A stretch of 31,836 bases of DNA from Candidatus Zixiibacteriota bacterium (GTDB lineage: Bacteria > Zixibacteria > MSB-5A5 > CAIYYT01): assembly GCA_040235515.1 (NCBI GenBank), contig JBECKX010000005.1, positions 1-31,836 on the forward strand. Reading direction: 5' to 3'. The translations under genes were made by a program, and so were the position numbers. Under the pieces are notes generated by a model, which saw nothing but the letters and a program-made list of their open reading frames with translations, ran no database searches and had not been told where the DNA came from. Below, in pieces: positions 18,460 through 27,606 of the stretch. The number at the start of each line of letters is the position of its first letter. Position 1 is the first letter of the stretch.

Positions 18460-18719
18460 ATTGTTTTTCTGGGCGATCGAGGGTGGTGAGAGAGTCTCGC
18501 TCATCTTACCTCCCGAACCGCATTTCGATTTTCCGACAGGTCAAGTAAGCGGCTGGCGGGGCGTTGTCAAGCAAATTCCATCCGGAAGCCGAATTGAGGC
18601 GCGACGCCGGGACAGTGGGACTTCAGCCGGAGGACGTTTGTGGCTCACGAATCAACCTGCCATAAGTCGCAGGCAACGTCGGGTTGAGGGTCACTCCCGA
18701 GGGGGCAATCGGGGCTCCA

Positions 18720-19062
18720 CTAGTGTAAGGGGGAGTCGACAAACTGTGATCGAGTCATGTAAGGTCACCCTGCAGCTAGTGGCAAACCTTGAGGTCATCT
18801 TGACCCCTCTCATTACCCCTTACATTTTTCCACAAATGAGTAAATTTTTTGTTGATTTTAATATTGTGTAAGGGCTCATTACGCCACATGAACAATCTAG
18901 TGGAAGACAACTTCGAGTCAAACAACTTGCGGGGGCGATTTGCGTGGTCATGGAACTCGACTAGTGCAGCGAGTTTGTCGCAGAAACTAGTGGTGGCCGT
19001 GCAGGGAGACTCCCTTGAGTTGATGACTTGCTGCTGTGGGATGAACACCACTCGTGGTCATG
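18720..19062. promoter_or_regulatory. Array of short repeated motifs upstream of the histone-like gene
   Basis: CTAGTG at 18720, 18776, 18897, 18961 and 18987; TGTAAGG at 18724, 18758, 18867 and inverted near 18818; CGTGGTCATG at 18943 and 19053. Confidence 0.5.
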
Positions 19063-19144
19063 ATTATGGGGTTAATTCGATAAACCGACTTGAACATAAA
19101 TTCGAAACCAACGAACCCAATAACCTTTTCCAAAGGAGTTCATC

Positions 19145-19555
19145 GTGGCAGTAAGGAAAAAGGCTACGAAGAAGAAAGCCACTAAGAAAGCCACCAAGAA
19201 GGCTACTGCGAAGAAGGCTACCAAGAAGAAAGCCCCCGCGGTCGAGAACGCTTGGAAGGCTGCTGAAGTAAGCTTTCTGAAGAAGAACTACAAGTCGAAG
19301 ACCGCTCGCGAGATCGCCGAGCATCTTGGTCGTACCGTCAACGCCGTGCGTGCCAAAGCGGCCACGCTTAATCTGAAGAAGGGTGCTGCCAAGAAGGCTG
19401 CTCCTAAGAAGAAAGCGACCGCGAAGAAGAAAGCCACGGCCAAGAAGGGTACAAAGAAGAAAGCCACCAAGAAGGCTACCAAGAAGAAAGCGACGAAGAA
19501 GCCGGCTACAAAGAAGGCCACAAAGAAGAAAGCTACCAGCCGCAAGAAAAAATAG
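19145..19555 (+). CDS. Lys/Ala-rich histone H1-like nucleoid protein with central Myb/GcrA-like HTH
   Basis: KKATKK repeats at both ends; core WKAAEVSFLKKNY....REIAEHLGRTVNAVRAKAATLNL. AAGGAG RBS before the GTG start. Confidence 0.85.
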   Translation: MAVRKKATKKKATKKATKKATAKKATKKKAPAVENAWKAAEVSFLKKNYKSKTAREIAEHLGRTVNAVRAKAATLNLKKGAAKKAAPKKKATAKKKATAKKGTKKKATKKATKKKATKKPATKKATKKKATSRKKK

Positions 19556-19590
19556 CGACTGAGGCAATCTTCAGCCTGAAATGGTCAAAT

Positions 19591-19631
19591 AACGGCGGCT
19601 CGCATTCCTGCGTGGGATGCGGGCCGTTGTT
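19591..19631 (+). terminator. Hairpin, likely terminator of the histone-like gene
   Basis: AACGGCGGCTCGCATTCC-TGCGT-GGGATGCGGGCCGTTGTT forms an 18-bp stem with G-U pairs that work only on the + strand. The U tail is weak. Confidence 0.6.
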
Positions 19632-19735
19632 GCGTTCTGGCTCGATTCTTTGCAGACCGGGACGACTCGGTGCAAGCCGCTGAGTGAAACGCAGCAGTCA
19701 CGGAGAAGCTGTGACACAGAAAGGGAGAAGCTAGC

Positions 19736-20890
19736 GTGTCAACCATCAAAGTGCTCAAACTGCCGGGAGATGCAGATCCGGGCCGCCACTATGTCGCCGT
19801 CCTGAACTCCCACCAATCAAAGCGCCCCTGCTCCGCCGACTGCTGGGTGAGCCGCACCACCGAGCTGATCGCCGAGTTGTCGCAACAACCGCTCACGCTC
19901 CTGACCTCCGTCGGTCTTAACACCTGGGAGGTGCTGGTGCACCTGGCAAACAGGAACAGGATGAACCAGTTGATCGTGCTGCCGGAAACCGATTCGGGCG
20001 TCGCGGGGGAGCTGGCTCGACGTGTCGTGAACGATTTTCGGCTTGACCCTGATTTGGTCGAGTTTGGATACCTCGAGGAGACTCACCAGCCAAAGCATCA
20101 CTCGGTGGACTCTCTCAGGACGCTGCGAGATGAGTCGGTTGTTCGCCTGGCTGGAAGGGTCATCCCTCTCTCGATCAAAACGGGTGGAAGGCTCGAGGCG
20201 CTGGTGCAGATACCTGAGTATGCGCTGAAGGTCGAGTCGGAAAGGCGGATCTCATATCTACCCGGTACCGATCTGCCCCGCTATGAACTGGACCACAGGG
20301 AGTTGATTCCGGAAACCGTGTCGGCTTTGAGTGAGAGCATCATCCACTGGACGCGATCATCACACGACCCGTTCCCCGACGAGTTGCGGGCAGATTTCTA
20401 CGAAGATATTGTGACGACGACGACCTACTGCAGATCGGCATTGGCGACGTTACGGCATATCGCCGGAAGCGGTAGGTTACTCGCGAGTGACCGTTTCATT
20501 CGAGGCGGCTTCAAGGTGGTGTCGTTTTCGCAAAGTCCGATCGCCGAGGCGTTGAAGCTGATGCGCTGGCGCAGGCGGTATGTCTACCACAGCTTCGAGC
20601 CGTATGGGGTCGCTATCAGCATGCGGGTCGCCCGGGAAATGGGAATCAAGCCGGTGTTCTATGGAGATGATTGCGACTACGAGCTACTGGGTGAGGAGGA
20701 CAGGCCGTTTTACCAGAGTAAGGGTGGCGAGACTTCAGACTGGATTCCAGAAATGGAGTGGCGGCACGCGGGTGATTTGAGTCTCGGTGAACTACCTGCG
20801 GATGCGGTGAAGTATGTCGTTTTCCGGCGAAAGGAAATCGGGGAGATTGAGGCGGTCACCACGCGCGAAGTTGTCGCATTGTTTCGCTGA
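19736..20890 (+). CDS. Hypothetical protein: SLOG/DprA-like N-terminus plus AbiGi/ART-like C-terminus
   Basis: GGGAG RBS. C-terminal HWT...LRHIAGSGRL...VVSFS...PYGVAI...PVFY...EMEWR motif series. The CDS is well supported; the domain call is by eye. Confidence 0.6.
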   Translation: MSTIKVLKLPGDADPGRHYVAVLNSHQSKRPCSADCWVSRTTELIAELSQQPLTLLTSVGLNTWEVLVHLANRNRMNQLIVLPETDSGVAGELARRVVNDFRLDPDLVEFGYLEETHQPKHHSVDSLRTLRDESVVRLAGRVIPLSIKTGGRLEALVQIPEYALKVESERRISYLPGTDLPRYELDHRELIPETVSALSESIIHWTRSSHDPFPDELRADFYEDIVTTTTYCRSALATLRHIAGSGRLLASDRFIRGGFKVVSFSQSPIAEALKLMRWRRRYVYHSFEPYGVAISMRVAREMGIKPVFYGDDCDYELLGEEDRPFYQSKGGETSDWIPEMEWRHAGDLSLGELPADAVKYVVFRRKEIGEIEAVTTREVVALFR

Positions 20891-20923
20891 GCAGGAGACG
20901 CGGAGACCGTGAGTACGCGGGCT

Positions 20924-21775
20924 TTACTGCAGGTTCGTGTCGAAGAAGCTGATTGTCTCCCGGAGGACCATCTCGAATTCGCTGCTGGCTCCTGCCCATG
21001 GATGCCCTACTCCGAAGGTGTGCCCCGTGGCGGGCACTTCCAGATAGTCGGTGAAGTCATGATTCGACCACTCGTAGAGCTGACGTCCTTCCTTCACTTT
21101 GACTGATTCATCCTCGGCTCCATGAACTATCAGGAGCGGTTTTTCCAGTGAACGAACGGCATTCTCGATATTGAGGCGGTCGCCGGCGTTTGCTTCGACA
21201 TCATCCAGCAGCGCGACGTCGAGGTTGAATACCTGGCCGGTTCTTTTATTCTCCACCTGCAGGAATCCGCGTTTACGCCACTTGAGCTTGACGCGATCGT
21301 CATAGCGGTCGAAGCTGCTGACGGCGGACCAGGAGGCAACGGCGTTCACTTTCGCATTGGCGGCTCCAACCAGGAGGGCGATTCCACCGCCGCGGCTGTG
21401 CCCGATCAGGCCGAGCTTCCCCGGCTCATAATCGCCGAAGAACCGGTTCTTGTAGGCGGCGATCAACTCACCGAGCTCGCGCACTTCGCGGGAAAATGTG
21501 TTTCTGCCGAATTTCTCTTCTTCGGTCATCTCGAGCGGGTTATCGCCGATGCCGTTGTGGGAGAAGTTAAAGGTAAGCGCGGCGTACCCGGCGGCCGCCA
21601 GTTCGTTCCCGATCGGCGGGACGAAACCCCAGTCCTTGAATCCTTTAAATCCGTGCACGAAGATCACGCAGGGTGCATCGGCGAGGTGTTCCTCCCCATA
21701 GAGTGTAACCTGCAGCTTCTCACCGTCGCTGAGTGGGAGTTCGAAATCTCTGCTCATGAGTTGCCATATAAACAT
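20924..21775 (-). CDS. Alpha/beta hydrolase (S9-like); start may be ATG 21757
   Basis: FVHGFKGFKDWG, nucleophile motif GHSRGG, VHGAEDESV (Asp) and TGHTF (His). Confidence 0.9.
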   Translation of the reverse strand: MFIWQLMSRDFELPLSDGEKLQVTLYGEEHLADAPCVIFVHGFKGFKDWGFVPPIGNELAAAGYAALTFNFSHNGIGDNPLEMTEEEKFGRNTFSREVRELGELIAAYKNRFFGDYEPGKLGLIGHSRGGGIALLVGAANAKVNAVASWSAVSSFDRYDDRVKLKWRKRGFLQVENKRTGQVFNLDVALLDDVEANAGDRLNIENAVRSLEKPLLIVHGAEDESVKVKEGRQLYEWSNHDFTDYLEVPATGHTFGVGHPWAGASSEFEMVLRETISFFDTNLQ

Positions 21776-21842
21776 GGCGAGTCATTCAATGCAATTGGAA
21801 TATCGAGAAATCGGGGATCTGGATTGGCGCTATTGCGGTGGA

Positions 21843-22322
21843 CTAGTGTTTATCGTGGATGCTGGGCTTATTGAAATTGGCCTCATCCCTGGGCATCAGG
21901 GGCGAATTCTGGACGTAGGTATCTTTGTCCTTCTGCTGGTTATAGATTCGCATACGCACGGTGAAGTCCTGGCAGGCCTGACAGCGGCTGATGTTACCGG
22001 CTTTGTCCTGGTCCACGAGGCGGGTCTTTTTGTGGTTGGGGGCGAAAATCTGCTGTCCGATGATTTCGTAGCCCTTGGTGTGGTCGCGCTCGTCGTTCCA
22101 CTTGACTCCGCGGATCACCCTGCTGTTGGAATCGTCGTAGATCGTCACGCCGGGGCATTCGATCGCGACTTTATCCTGAGCCCCGTAGAACTCCTGGGAG
22201 GCGGATTTGAAGAAGTTGTAGTATTCCCCGTACTTGTCGTTGCATGGCAAGCAGAGGTAGACTCCTTTGAACTCCCTCATCCGCCGACCGCAAATATGGC
22301 ATCGGTTCGGCTGAGAAGTCAT
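21843..22322 (-). CDS. Hypothetical protein with N-terminal zinc ribbon
   Basis: RCHIC-x12-CLPC plus a later C and CQAC. Co-oriented with and tightly spaced to its neighbours. Confidence 0.75.
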   Translation of the reverse strand: MTSQPNRCHICGRRMREFKGVYLCLPCNDKYGEYYNFFKSASQEFYGAQDKVAIECPGVTIYDDSNSRVIRGVKWNDERDHTKGYEIIGQQIFAPNHKKTRLVDQDKAGNISRCQACQDFTVRMRIYNQQKDKDTYVQNSPLMPRDEANFNKPSIHDKH

Positions 22323-22330
22323 GGCTTGTG

Positions 22331-22507
22331 CTAACTGTTGACTCGTTTGCGTAATCTACCTTTAGCCTGCTGCAGATTGATGAAACGACACGTGTCGCCT
22401 TTCACCGCGATATTGCAGGCTGTACAACAGAGCTGACCGTTCACCTTCACCAGTTTCGCCTGGCAGAGTGGGCAGCGATCACGTTTTTTCGGTTTGGGCG
22501 GTTTCAT
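22331..22507 (-). CDS. 58-aa basic zinc-ribbon protein (absent from the ORF track)
   Basis: Read by hand: MKPPKPKKRDRCPLCQAKLVKVNGQLCCTACNIAVKGDTCRFINLQQAKGRLRKRVNS*. GGGAGAG RBS upstream; stop lies 8 bp before the next ATG. Confidence 0.75.
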   Translation of the reverse strand: MKPPKPKKRDRCPLCQAKLVKVNGQLCCTACNIAVKGDTCRFINLQQAKGRLRKRVNS

Positions 22508-22590
22508 GATTCTCTCTCCCGTGCTTCTGCATGAGTTTCACATGCGCCGTACCTTGCGGTGGCGACCAACGCGGCCCCACCATTGATGTC

Positions 22591-22914
22591 TTATCCTCGG
22601 ACCAGCAGGATCCCCGCAAAGAGTGCGGTAGCAACCGGGAGGATATGGAGGAAAGGAAATGGCAGCAGCCACGAGCCCACCAGGGCGACAGCGGATGCGG
22701 GAATAGCGACGCAGCGCACGACGTCGAACGAGAATTTGACCAGCCGCCACATCCCCAGTATCAGCAATGCTGCGGCAGCGAGATAGATCGCCATGGTCAC
22801 GCTGGTTCCGAATGTAGTCAGGAGGTATCCGTGCAGTTCGAGTGCTTTCTCGGTTGCCATGGCGACAACCGAACCGTATTCCACCTGTGTTGTTGCGCTT
22901 ACGCCTTCCGGCAT
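22591..22914 (-). CDS. Small hypothetical membrane protein (about 3 TM helices)
   Basis: Hydrophobic C-terminal two-thirds; purine-rich RBS region upstream. Confidence 0.7.
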   Translation of the reverse strand: MPEGVSATTQVEYGSVVAMATEKALELHGYLLTTFGTSVTMAIYLAAAALLILGMWRLVKFSFDVVRCVAIPASAVALVGSWLLPFPFLHILPVATALFAGILLVRG

Positions 22915-23004
22915 CTGTTTCCCCTCTACTCCTCTAAGGTTGCTCTAAGGTCCCTTGCATGTTGACGCTTCCACATCCCCCTCGATCTGCCTCCTTCGGC
23001 ACGA

Positions 23005-23232
23005 TTAGATCATCTTGGTTTCGTCCACCGGCTCGATAGTCAGTGAAGATTCCCCTACGCGTTGAAGTCCGATCATTCGGCGGGTCAGGAAGTTCTGCGA
23101 GGATATCCACTTCTGCGACATATCCATTACTTCCTCTTGCTCAACATCCGAGACCCAGTCGATTACGACCGTGTCGTAGTGTTGATCATCAACCGTGAGG
23201 TCATCCATCGTCAGCGTAAATCTCACCTTCAT
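23005..23232 (-). CDS. Small acidic hypothetical protein (75 aa)
   Basis: Strong AGGAGGAG RBS; globular beta-beta-alpha-beta-like composition. Confidence 0.78.
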   Translation of the reverse strand: MKVRFTLTMDDLTVDDQHYDTVVIDWVSDVEQEEVMDMSQKWISSQNFLTRRMIGLQRVGESSLTIEPVDETKMI

Positions 23233-23466
23233 GATCCGACTCCTCCTTCGATCATGCTGTTGCTGTACCCATTCATTGCAGATTCGCTGCCGAGGCAGAT
23301 CGAAAGATTTCTTTGGCGATTATTTGCTTGTCTGCGTTACAGTTGTGTATAGAGTGGTTAGCAGCGACTCGATACCCGCCGTCGCGCGGCAAACGGCTTT
23401 TGTGGGGAAAATCCAATAGCGAGCGGAGAAACCCCTTCTATCACAGGCGCCTACGAGGAGAACCGG

Positions 23467-24306
23467 ATGCAGACTGAGTGGCGCAACCTCTACAAGCGAT
23501 CAGACATATTCTTTTGCCCCCACCGGCTCCACAAGCATCGCGAGTCGGGCACTTCGGCATGGCATATTATCAAGCACAAGCAATGTTTCCCGGCGGGCTG
23601 CATGACGTTCCGCTGGCGCTGTCGCAAATTCGAGTCGGGGCAGAAGTGCCCGCGGAAGAAGAAGCATGTCGGCAAGGATTGCTTCTCGTGTCCCTTCTTT
23701 TTCGATGTCAAGGAGGCCTACCAGCCGGAGGTAAAGCTGCAGCAGGAGGAATATGAGGATTTCGCCCGGCGGTTCGCGGAATTCGAGGAATGGGTGGAGG
23801 GTCTGCAGGGGCGCCGGATCGAGGTCCGCGCGGAAGTGAGCACGATCAACCCCCACCTGGTGAATCATGGAAAAAACGGCGAGTTGCGGATTGCGGGAAG
23901 GGGTGTGCTGCTATATTTCCGCGAAGGGGTGTTTCAATATGACAAGTTCCTCGACCCGTTCTATGCCCGCGTATCGTTTAACGTCTACGAACGCTACCAG
24001 GTGGCGGCGGGGGATGAGATCGATTTTAAGGGGGAGTTGAGGATCGACCGCGGCAGGTTTGTGATAGAGCGGGTTGGCGGGATAGAGAAGATCAGGGGCG
24101 GGGGTGGTGAAGTTGCTGATTTGAGGGCTTTCCGGCAGGCGAGATTCAGTGGCACGATGATTGATGGCCAGCCGGCGAAGTGTCTTCGCTGCCGCCACGG
24201 GTTGCTAATCGATTCGGTTAATGGGGATGGTCGTTCGCAGCCACGGCGGCTGATGTACTGCACGAAGGGGGTGGCAGACTATCGGTATTGTCCTTATAAT
24301 GTGTGA
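23467..24306 (+). CDS. Cys/His-rich hypothetical protein with a possible central OB-fold
   Basis: GAGGAG RBS. N-terminal Cys/His cluster, central GDEIDFKGEL beta-rich region, C-terminal CLRC..C..C. Confidence 0.75.
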   Translation: MQTEWRNLYKRSDIFFCPHRLHKHRESGTSAWHIIKHKQCFPAGCMTFRWRCRKFESGQKCPRKKKHVGKDCFSCPFFFDVKEAYQPEVKLQQEEYEDFARRFAEFEEWVEGLQGRRIEVRAEVSTINPHLVNHGKNGELRIAGRGVLLYFREGVFQYDKFLDPFYARVSFNVYERYQVAAGDEIDFKGELRIDRGRFVIERVGGIEKIRGGGGEVADLRAFRQARFSGTMIDGQPAKCLRCRHGLLIDSVNGDGRSQPRRLMYCTKGVADYRYCPYNV

Positions 24307-24324
24307 GCTGCTGCGACCAGGAGG

Positions 24325-27300
24325 CTAGCGGCAGGCGGCACACGGTATTTCGCCTCCACCAAATATGAAGTTGATGATGTAAACTGCATCACCGATAGAC
24401 ACAGTGCCGCTGCAATCGGCATCAGCAGATTCCTCAGGCTGCGGTGCGGGACCACCTCCAAAAATGTAATTGATGATATAGACGGCATCACCGATGGATA
24501 CCGCACTGTTTCCGTCGGAATCCCCGCAGACATAGTCACAAGCGTCCCCTACGCCGTTCCCATTACTGTCCTCCTGACCCGGATTTGGGATGTCGGGGCA
24601 ATTATCCAGATCGCAGGTGTTGGACGCAAATCCGGGATCGCCGAATCCGTCACCGTCTGTGTCGGTACATTCGTCACATTGATCCCCGATGCCATCCCCG
24701 TCCGCGTCTTCCTGCCCGGAGTTGGCGAGTAGCGGACAGTTGTCCAATTCGTCCACTACAGTGTCATCGTCGTCATCCGGATCGCACAGGTCACCCTGGC
24801 CGTCTCCATCCGTGTCGATTTGGAGTGGATTTGAGATACTGGGACAGTTGTCGCAGAGATTGCCAATCGCGTCACCATCGCTGTCGAGTTGATCGTTGTT
24901 AGAGACACTCACACAGTTGTCACATAGATCACCGACGCCATCTGAGTCACCATCTTCTTGTCCAGGGTTGGCTGTGGAAGGGCAATTGTCATCAGCGCAG
25001 GTGTTGTCGGCATATTCCGGATCTCCGAATCCATCACCATCGCTGTCAGTGCAATCGTCACAGACGTCACCGATACCATCTCCGTCGGCGTCTGCTTGTG
25101 AAGGATTGAAGACGCCGGGACAATTGTCATTCGCGTCGGCAACGTTGTCGCCATCCGCATCCTTTATTGTCCACTCGGCGATATTTGAGGATGCTTTGCC
25201 CCCCGCCACACCAAATGATCCCACTACATATAGACTGCTGTCAAAGACAACGAGATCGGTGACCTCACCACCCTGAATACCAGAGCCGAGCGAGAACCAA
25301 TTCCCTTGATTGTATCCGGCAATTGACAGCGCTTCTGCACCGCCAGCTTCTGAAAAACTGCCTGCAGCTACTAGTTGTTCTCCATGTACGATGAGACAGC
25401 GAACATAGTCGCCGAGAGTTCCCACACCAGCACCAAGGGCAGACCAATCACTTCCATTCCAGACAGCAATTCTATTGGCGGAGGCCCCACCAGCTTCATC
25501 AAATCCGCCGCCTGCGAGAAGTTGAGAGTTGTAGATATCGAGTGCCCACACGGTGCTGTTCAAGCCAGAGCCGAGAGCGCTCCAGGTAGCGCCATTCCAG
25601 GCGGCGATTCGGGCCGCGCTGACGTCACCCGCGGTAGCGAAGCTACCTGCAGCAACGAGCAAGGAGTCGAATTCAATCAGTGCTCTGACCGATCCGTCGA
25701 TACCGCTTCCAAGCGCGGACCAATTTGCTCCATTCCATGCAGCGATTCTCTCAAGCGGGGTGGCACCGGACTCCATGAAATTCCCCCCTGCAATCAGCAA
25801 ACCATTATACTCTCCTAATACCTGCGGGTCCGAATACAGCGGTCCGAGTCCATCGCCAAGCGCTTCCCAGGAGGAGCCATTCCATGCGGCGATATTCAGC
25901 GCGGGTATGCCTCCGATTTCCGTGAAGTGGCCACAGACGACTAACTTCGTGTCATAAACAGCCACATCATAGATCAAGGTGTTGCAATCTCCGCTGCCAA
26001 GAGCAGTCCAATTGCTCCCATTCCAGGATGCGACGCTGCACACTTCCTGATCACCAGCGAAGGCAAACGCTCCAGCAACCACGAGTTCGCCATTGAAGAT
26101 AGTAGCAGCGTATGCGGTGATCCGCCCTACTCCGTCTCCGGTTGCAGTCAATTGTGACCAGGAACTCCCATCCCAGGATGCGACTCCAGACGCCAACACT
26201 GCACCGGCGGTCTCAAACGTACCTGCGGCATAGATGTTAGATTCGAATTCTGTGATGGCATAGACGTAGGGCGACAAGAAGCCTAGCCCCATACCTGTGG
26301 ACATTGGGTTCCAATCGGTCCCGTCCCAAACTGCAATACGGCTTAGAGAGCCCTCCGCCCCCGAGCCCTCGCGCGTAAAGCCGCCGCCAGCGATCAAGTC
26401 CGTGCCGGACACGTGAAAGCAATTTATGTCGCCGTTGAATTCTCCGAAACCAGTCCAGTTAGTTCCATCCCACCTGGCGACTCGATCGGTACCAAGCGCT
26501 CCGCCGCCTTCAATCAACTCAGAGTTAAAAACCGTGAGCGCTCGGACCGTTCCGTTGAGAGAAAATCCAAAATAAGACCAATTGGTACCATCCCAACTCG
26601 CCACTCGACCGTTGAAACCACCACCCGCCACTAATTCGCCATTGAAATTTGCCAGAGCATAAACTGCTGTGTTAGGCGCGGTGCCAAGGGCTGACCAAGC
26701 GCTACCGTTCCATGCTGCGATCTTGCCCACGAAATTACCATCCGCAGTACTGAAATTGCCGCCAGCCACCAATAAAGAGTCATACTCTGCCAGCGCGTAG
26801 ACTGGGCCATTCATGCCACCACCGAGTGGTGACCAGTTTGTCCCATCCCAGCTGGCGATCTTGTTCACTGCTGTGCCTCCTGCAGAGGTGAACCAGCCGC
26901 CGGCAATCAGCTCAGAGTTGTAAACTTTCAGAGTTTGAACAGTACCCCCACTCAAGCCTCCACCGAGCGGTGACCAGGAACTGCCATCCCATGCAGCGAT
27001 ATTGCTTGCGATGACCGTAGCTACGCTTTCGAATTCTCCTGCAATAATCAACTTTGAGTCATATACGACTGCTGCCTGAACAAGAAAGTCCCCATTCGGC
27101 CCGGGCCGAGTATAGCCAGTTTCCCAGTAAACATCATTCGGATCGCTCGTCTGATGGCTGGTGTTCGAGCGACTGAAGCGCGGAGCACCGGTCATGGGGT
27201 CCTTTCGAGCTTCGAAACCTTGCAGGTTCAGCGGACCCTCGTAGCCGGAGTTTAGCGCGGCATCCAAATCGAACCGTCCTTCCGGCGTGAGAAAACTCTC

Positions 27301-27417
27301 CAACTCCAATCGGTCCGACGTTTGTGAGCCAGCCATTGCGGTTAAGTTCAACATTAGAGCGGCGGTAATGATAAATAGAAGACACAGTTTGAGCAGGCGT
27401 TGCGAAGCTCGATTCAT
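24325..27417 (-). CDS. Large secreted protein: WDG/WNG beta-propeller repeats, thrombospondin type-3 repeats and C-terminal dockerin-like domain (likely start 27417)
   Basis: GGGAG RBS before MNRASQ; signal peptide; about a dozen IAAW(D/N)GxxWSxLGxG repeats; DNCP...DxDGDGxGDxCD repeats; duplicated dockerin-like motif. Confidence 0.88.
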   Translation of the reverse strand: MNRASQRLLKLCLLFIITAALMLNLTAMAGSQTSDRLELESFLTPEGRFDLDAALNSGYEGPLNLQGFEARKDPMTGAPRFSRSNTSHQTSDPNDVYWETGYTRPGPNGDFLVQAAVVYDSKLIIAGEFESVATVIASNIAAWDGSSWSPLGGGLSGGTVQTLKVYNSELIAGGWFTSAGGTAVNKIASWDGTNWSPLGGGMNGPVYALAEYDSLLVAGGNFSTADGNFVGKIAAWNGSAWSALGTAPNTAVYALANFNGELVAGGGFNGRVASWDGTNWSYFGFSLNGTVRALTVFNSELIEGGGALGTDRVARWDGTNWTGFGEFNGDINCFHVSGTDLIAGGGFTREGSGAEGSLSRIAVWDGTDWNPMSTGMGLGFLSPYVYAITEFESNIYAAGTFETAGAVLASGVASWDGSSWSQLTATGDGVGRITAYAATIFNGELVVAGAFAFAGDQEVCSVASWNGSNWTALGSGDCNTLIYDVAVYDTKLVVCGHFTEIGGIPALNIAAWNGSSWEALGDGLGPLYSDPQVLGEYNGLLIAGGNFMESGATPLERIAAWNGANWSALGSGIDGSVRALIEFDSLLVAAGSFATAGDVSAARIAAWNGATWSALGSGLNSTVWALDIYNSQLLAGGGFDEAGGASANRIAVWNGSDWSALGAGVGTLGDYVRCLIVHGEQLVAAGSFSEAGGAEALSIAGYNQGNWFSLGSGIQGGEVTDLVVFDSSLYVVGSFGVAGGKASSNIAEWTIKDADGDNVADANDNCPGVFNPSQADADGDGIGDVCDDCTDSDGDGFGDPEYADNTCADDNCPSTANPGQEDGDSDGVGDLCDNCVSVSNNDQLDSDGDAIGNLCDNCPSISNPLQIDTDGDGQGDLCDPDDDDDTVVDELDNCPLLANSGQEDADGDGIGDQCDECTDTDGDGFGDPGFASNTCDLDNCPDIPNPGQEDSNGNGVGDACDYVCGDSDGNSAVSIGDAVYIINYIFGGGPAPQPEESADADCSGTVSIGDAVYIINFIFGGGEIPCAACR

Positions 27418-27554
27418 GGAAGTCTCCCTAGTAGACCGAGTTGATGGCGTCAGCATAGTCGTTATGAGGAATGCCCCTCCCCCACAGTTCTGGAATACTC
27501 TAAAGAGTGTATTGCTTTATTTCGAGGTCGGCTAGTTTACAGTTAGGTGGTGAT

Positions 27555-27582
27555 AAAATACTAGATTGGTGCGCATTGGCAA
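27555..27582 (-). promoter_or_regulatory. Possible sigma70 promoter of the large secreted protein
   Basis: Minus strand TTGCCA-N16-TATTTT in an AT-rich intergenic region. Confidence 0.35.
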
Positions 27583-27606
27583 GGCTTTACTGGAACGAAT
27601 CCGGAG

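Noticed and set aside
19145..19555. Tandem AAGAAG/GCCACC nucleotide repeats as a CRISPR or VNTR
   Set aside because: Explained by KKATKK protein repeats with synonymous variation; there is no repeat-spacer structure.
19064..19567. 167-aa hydrophobic (Leu/Phe-rich) minus-strand ORF
   Set aside because: It is the mirror of the AAG-rich Lys codons of the histone-like gene, which has the RBS and terminator.
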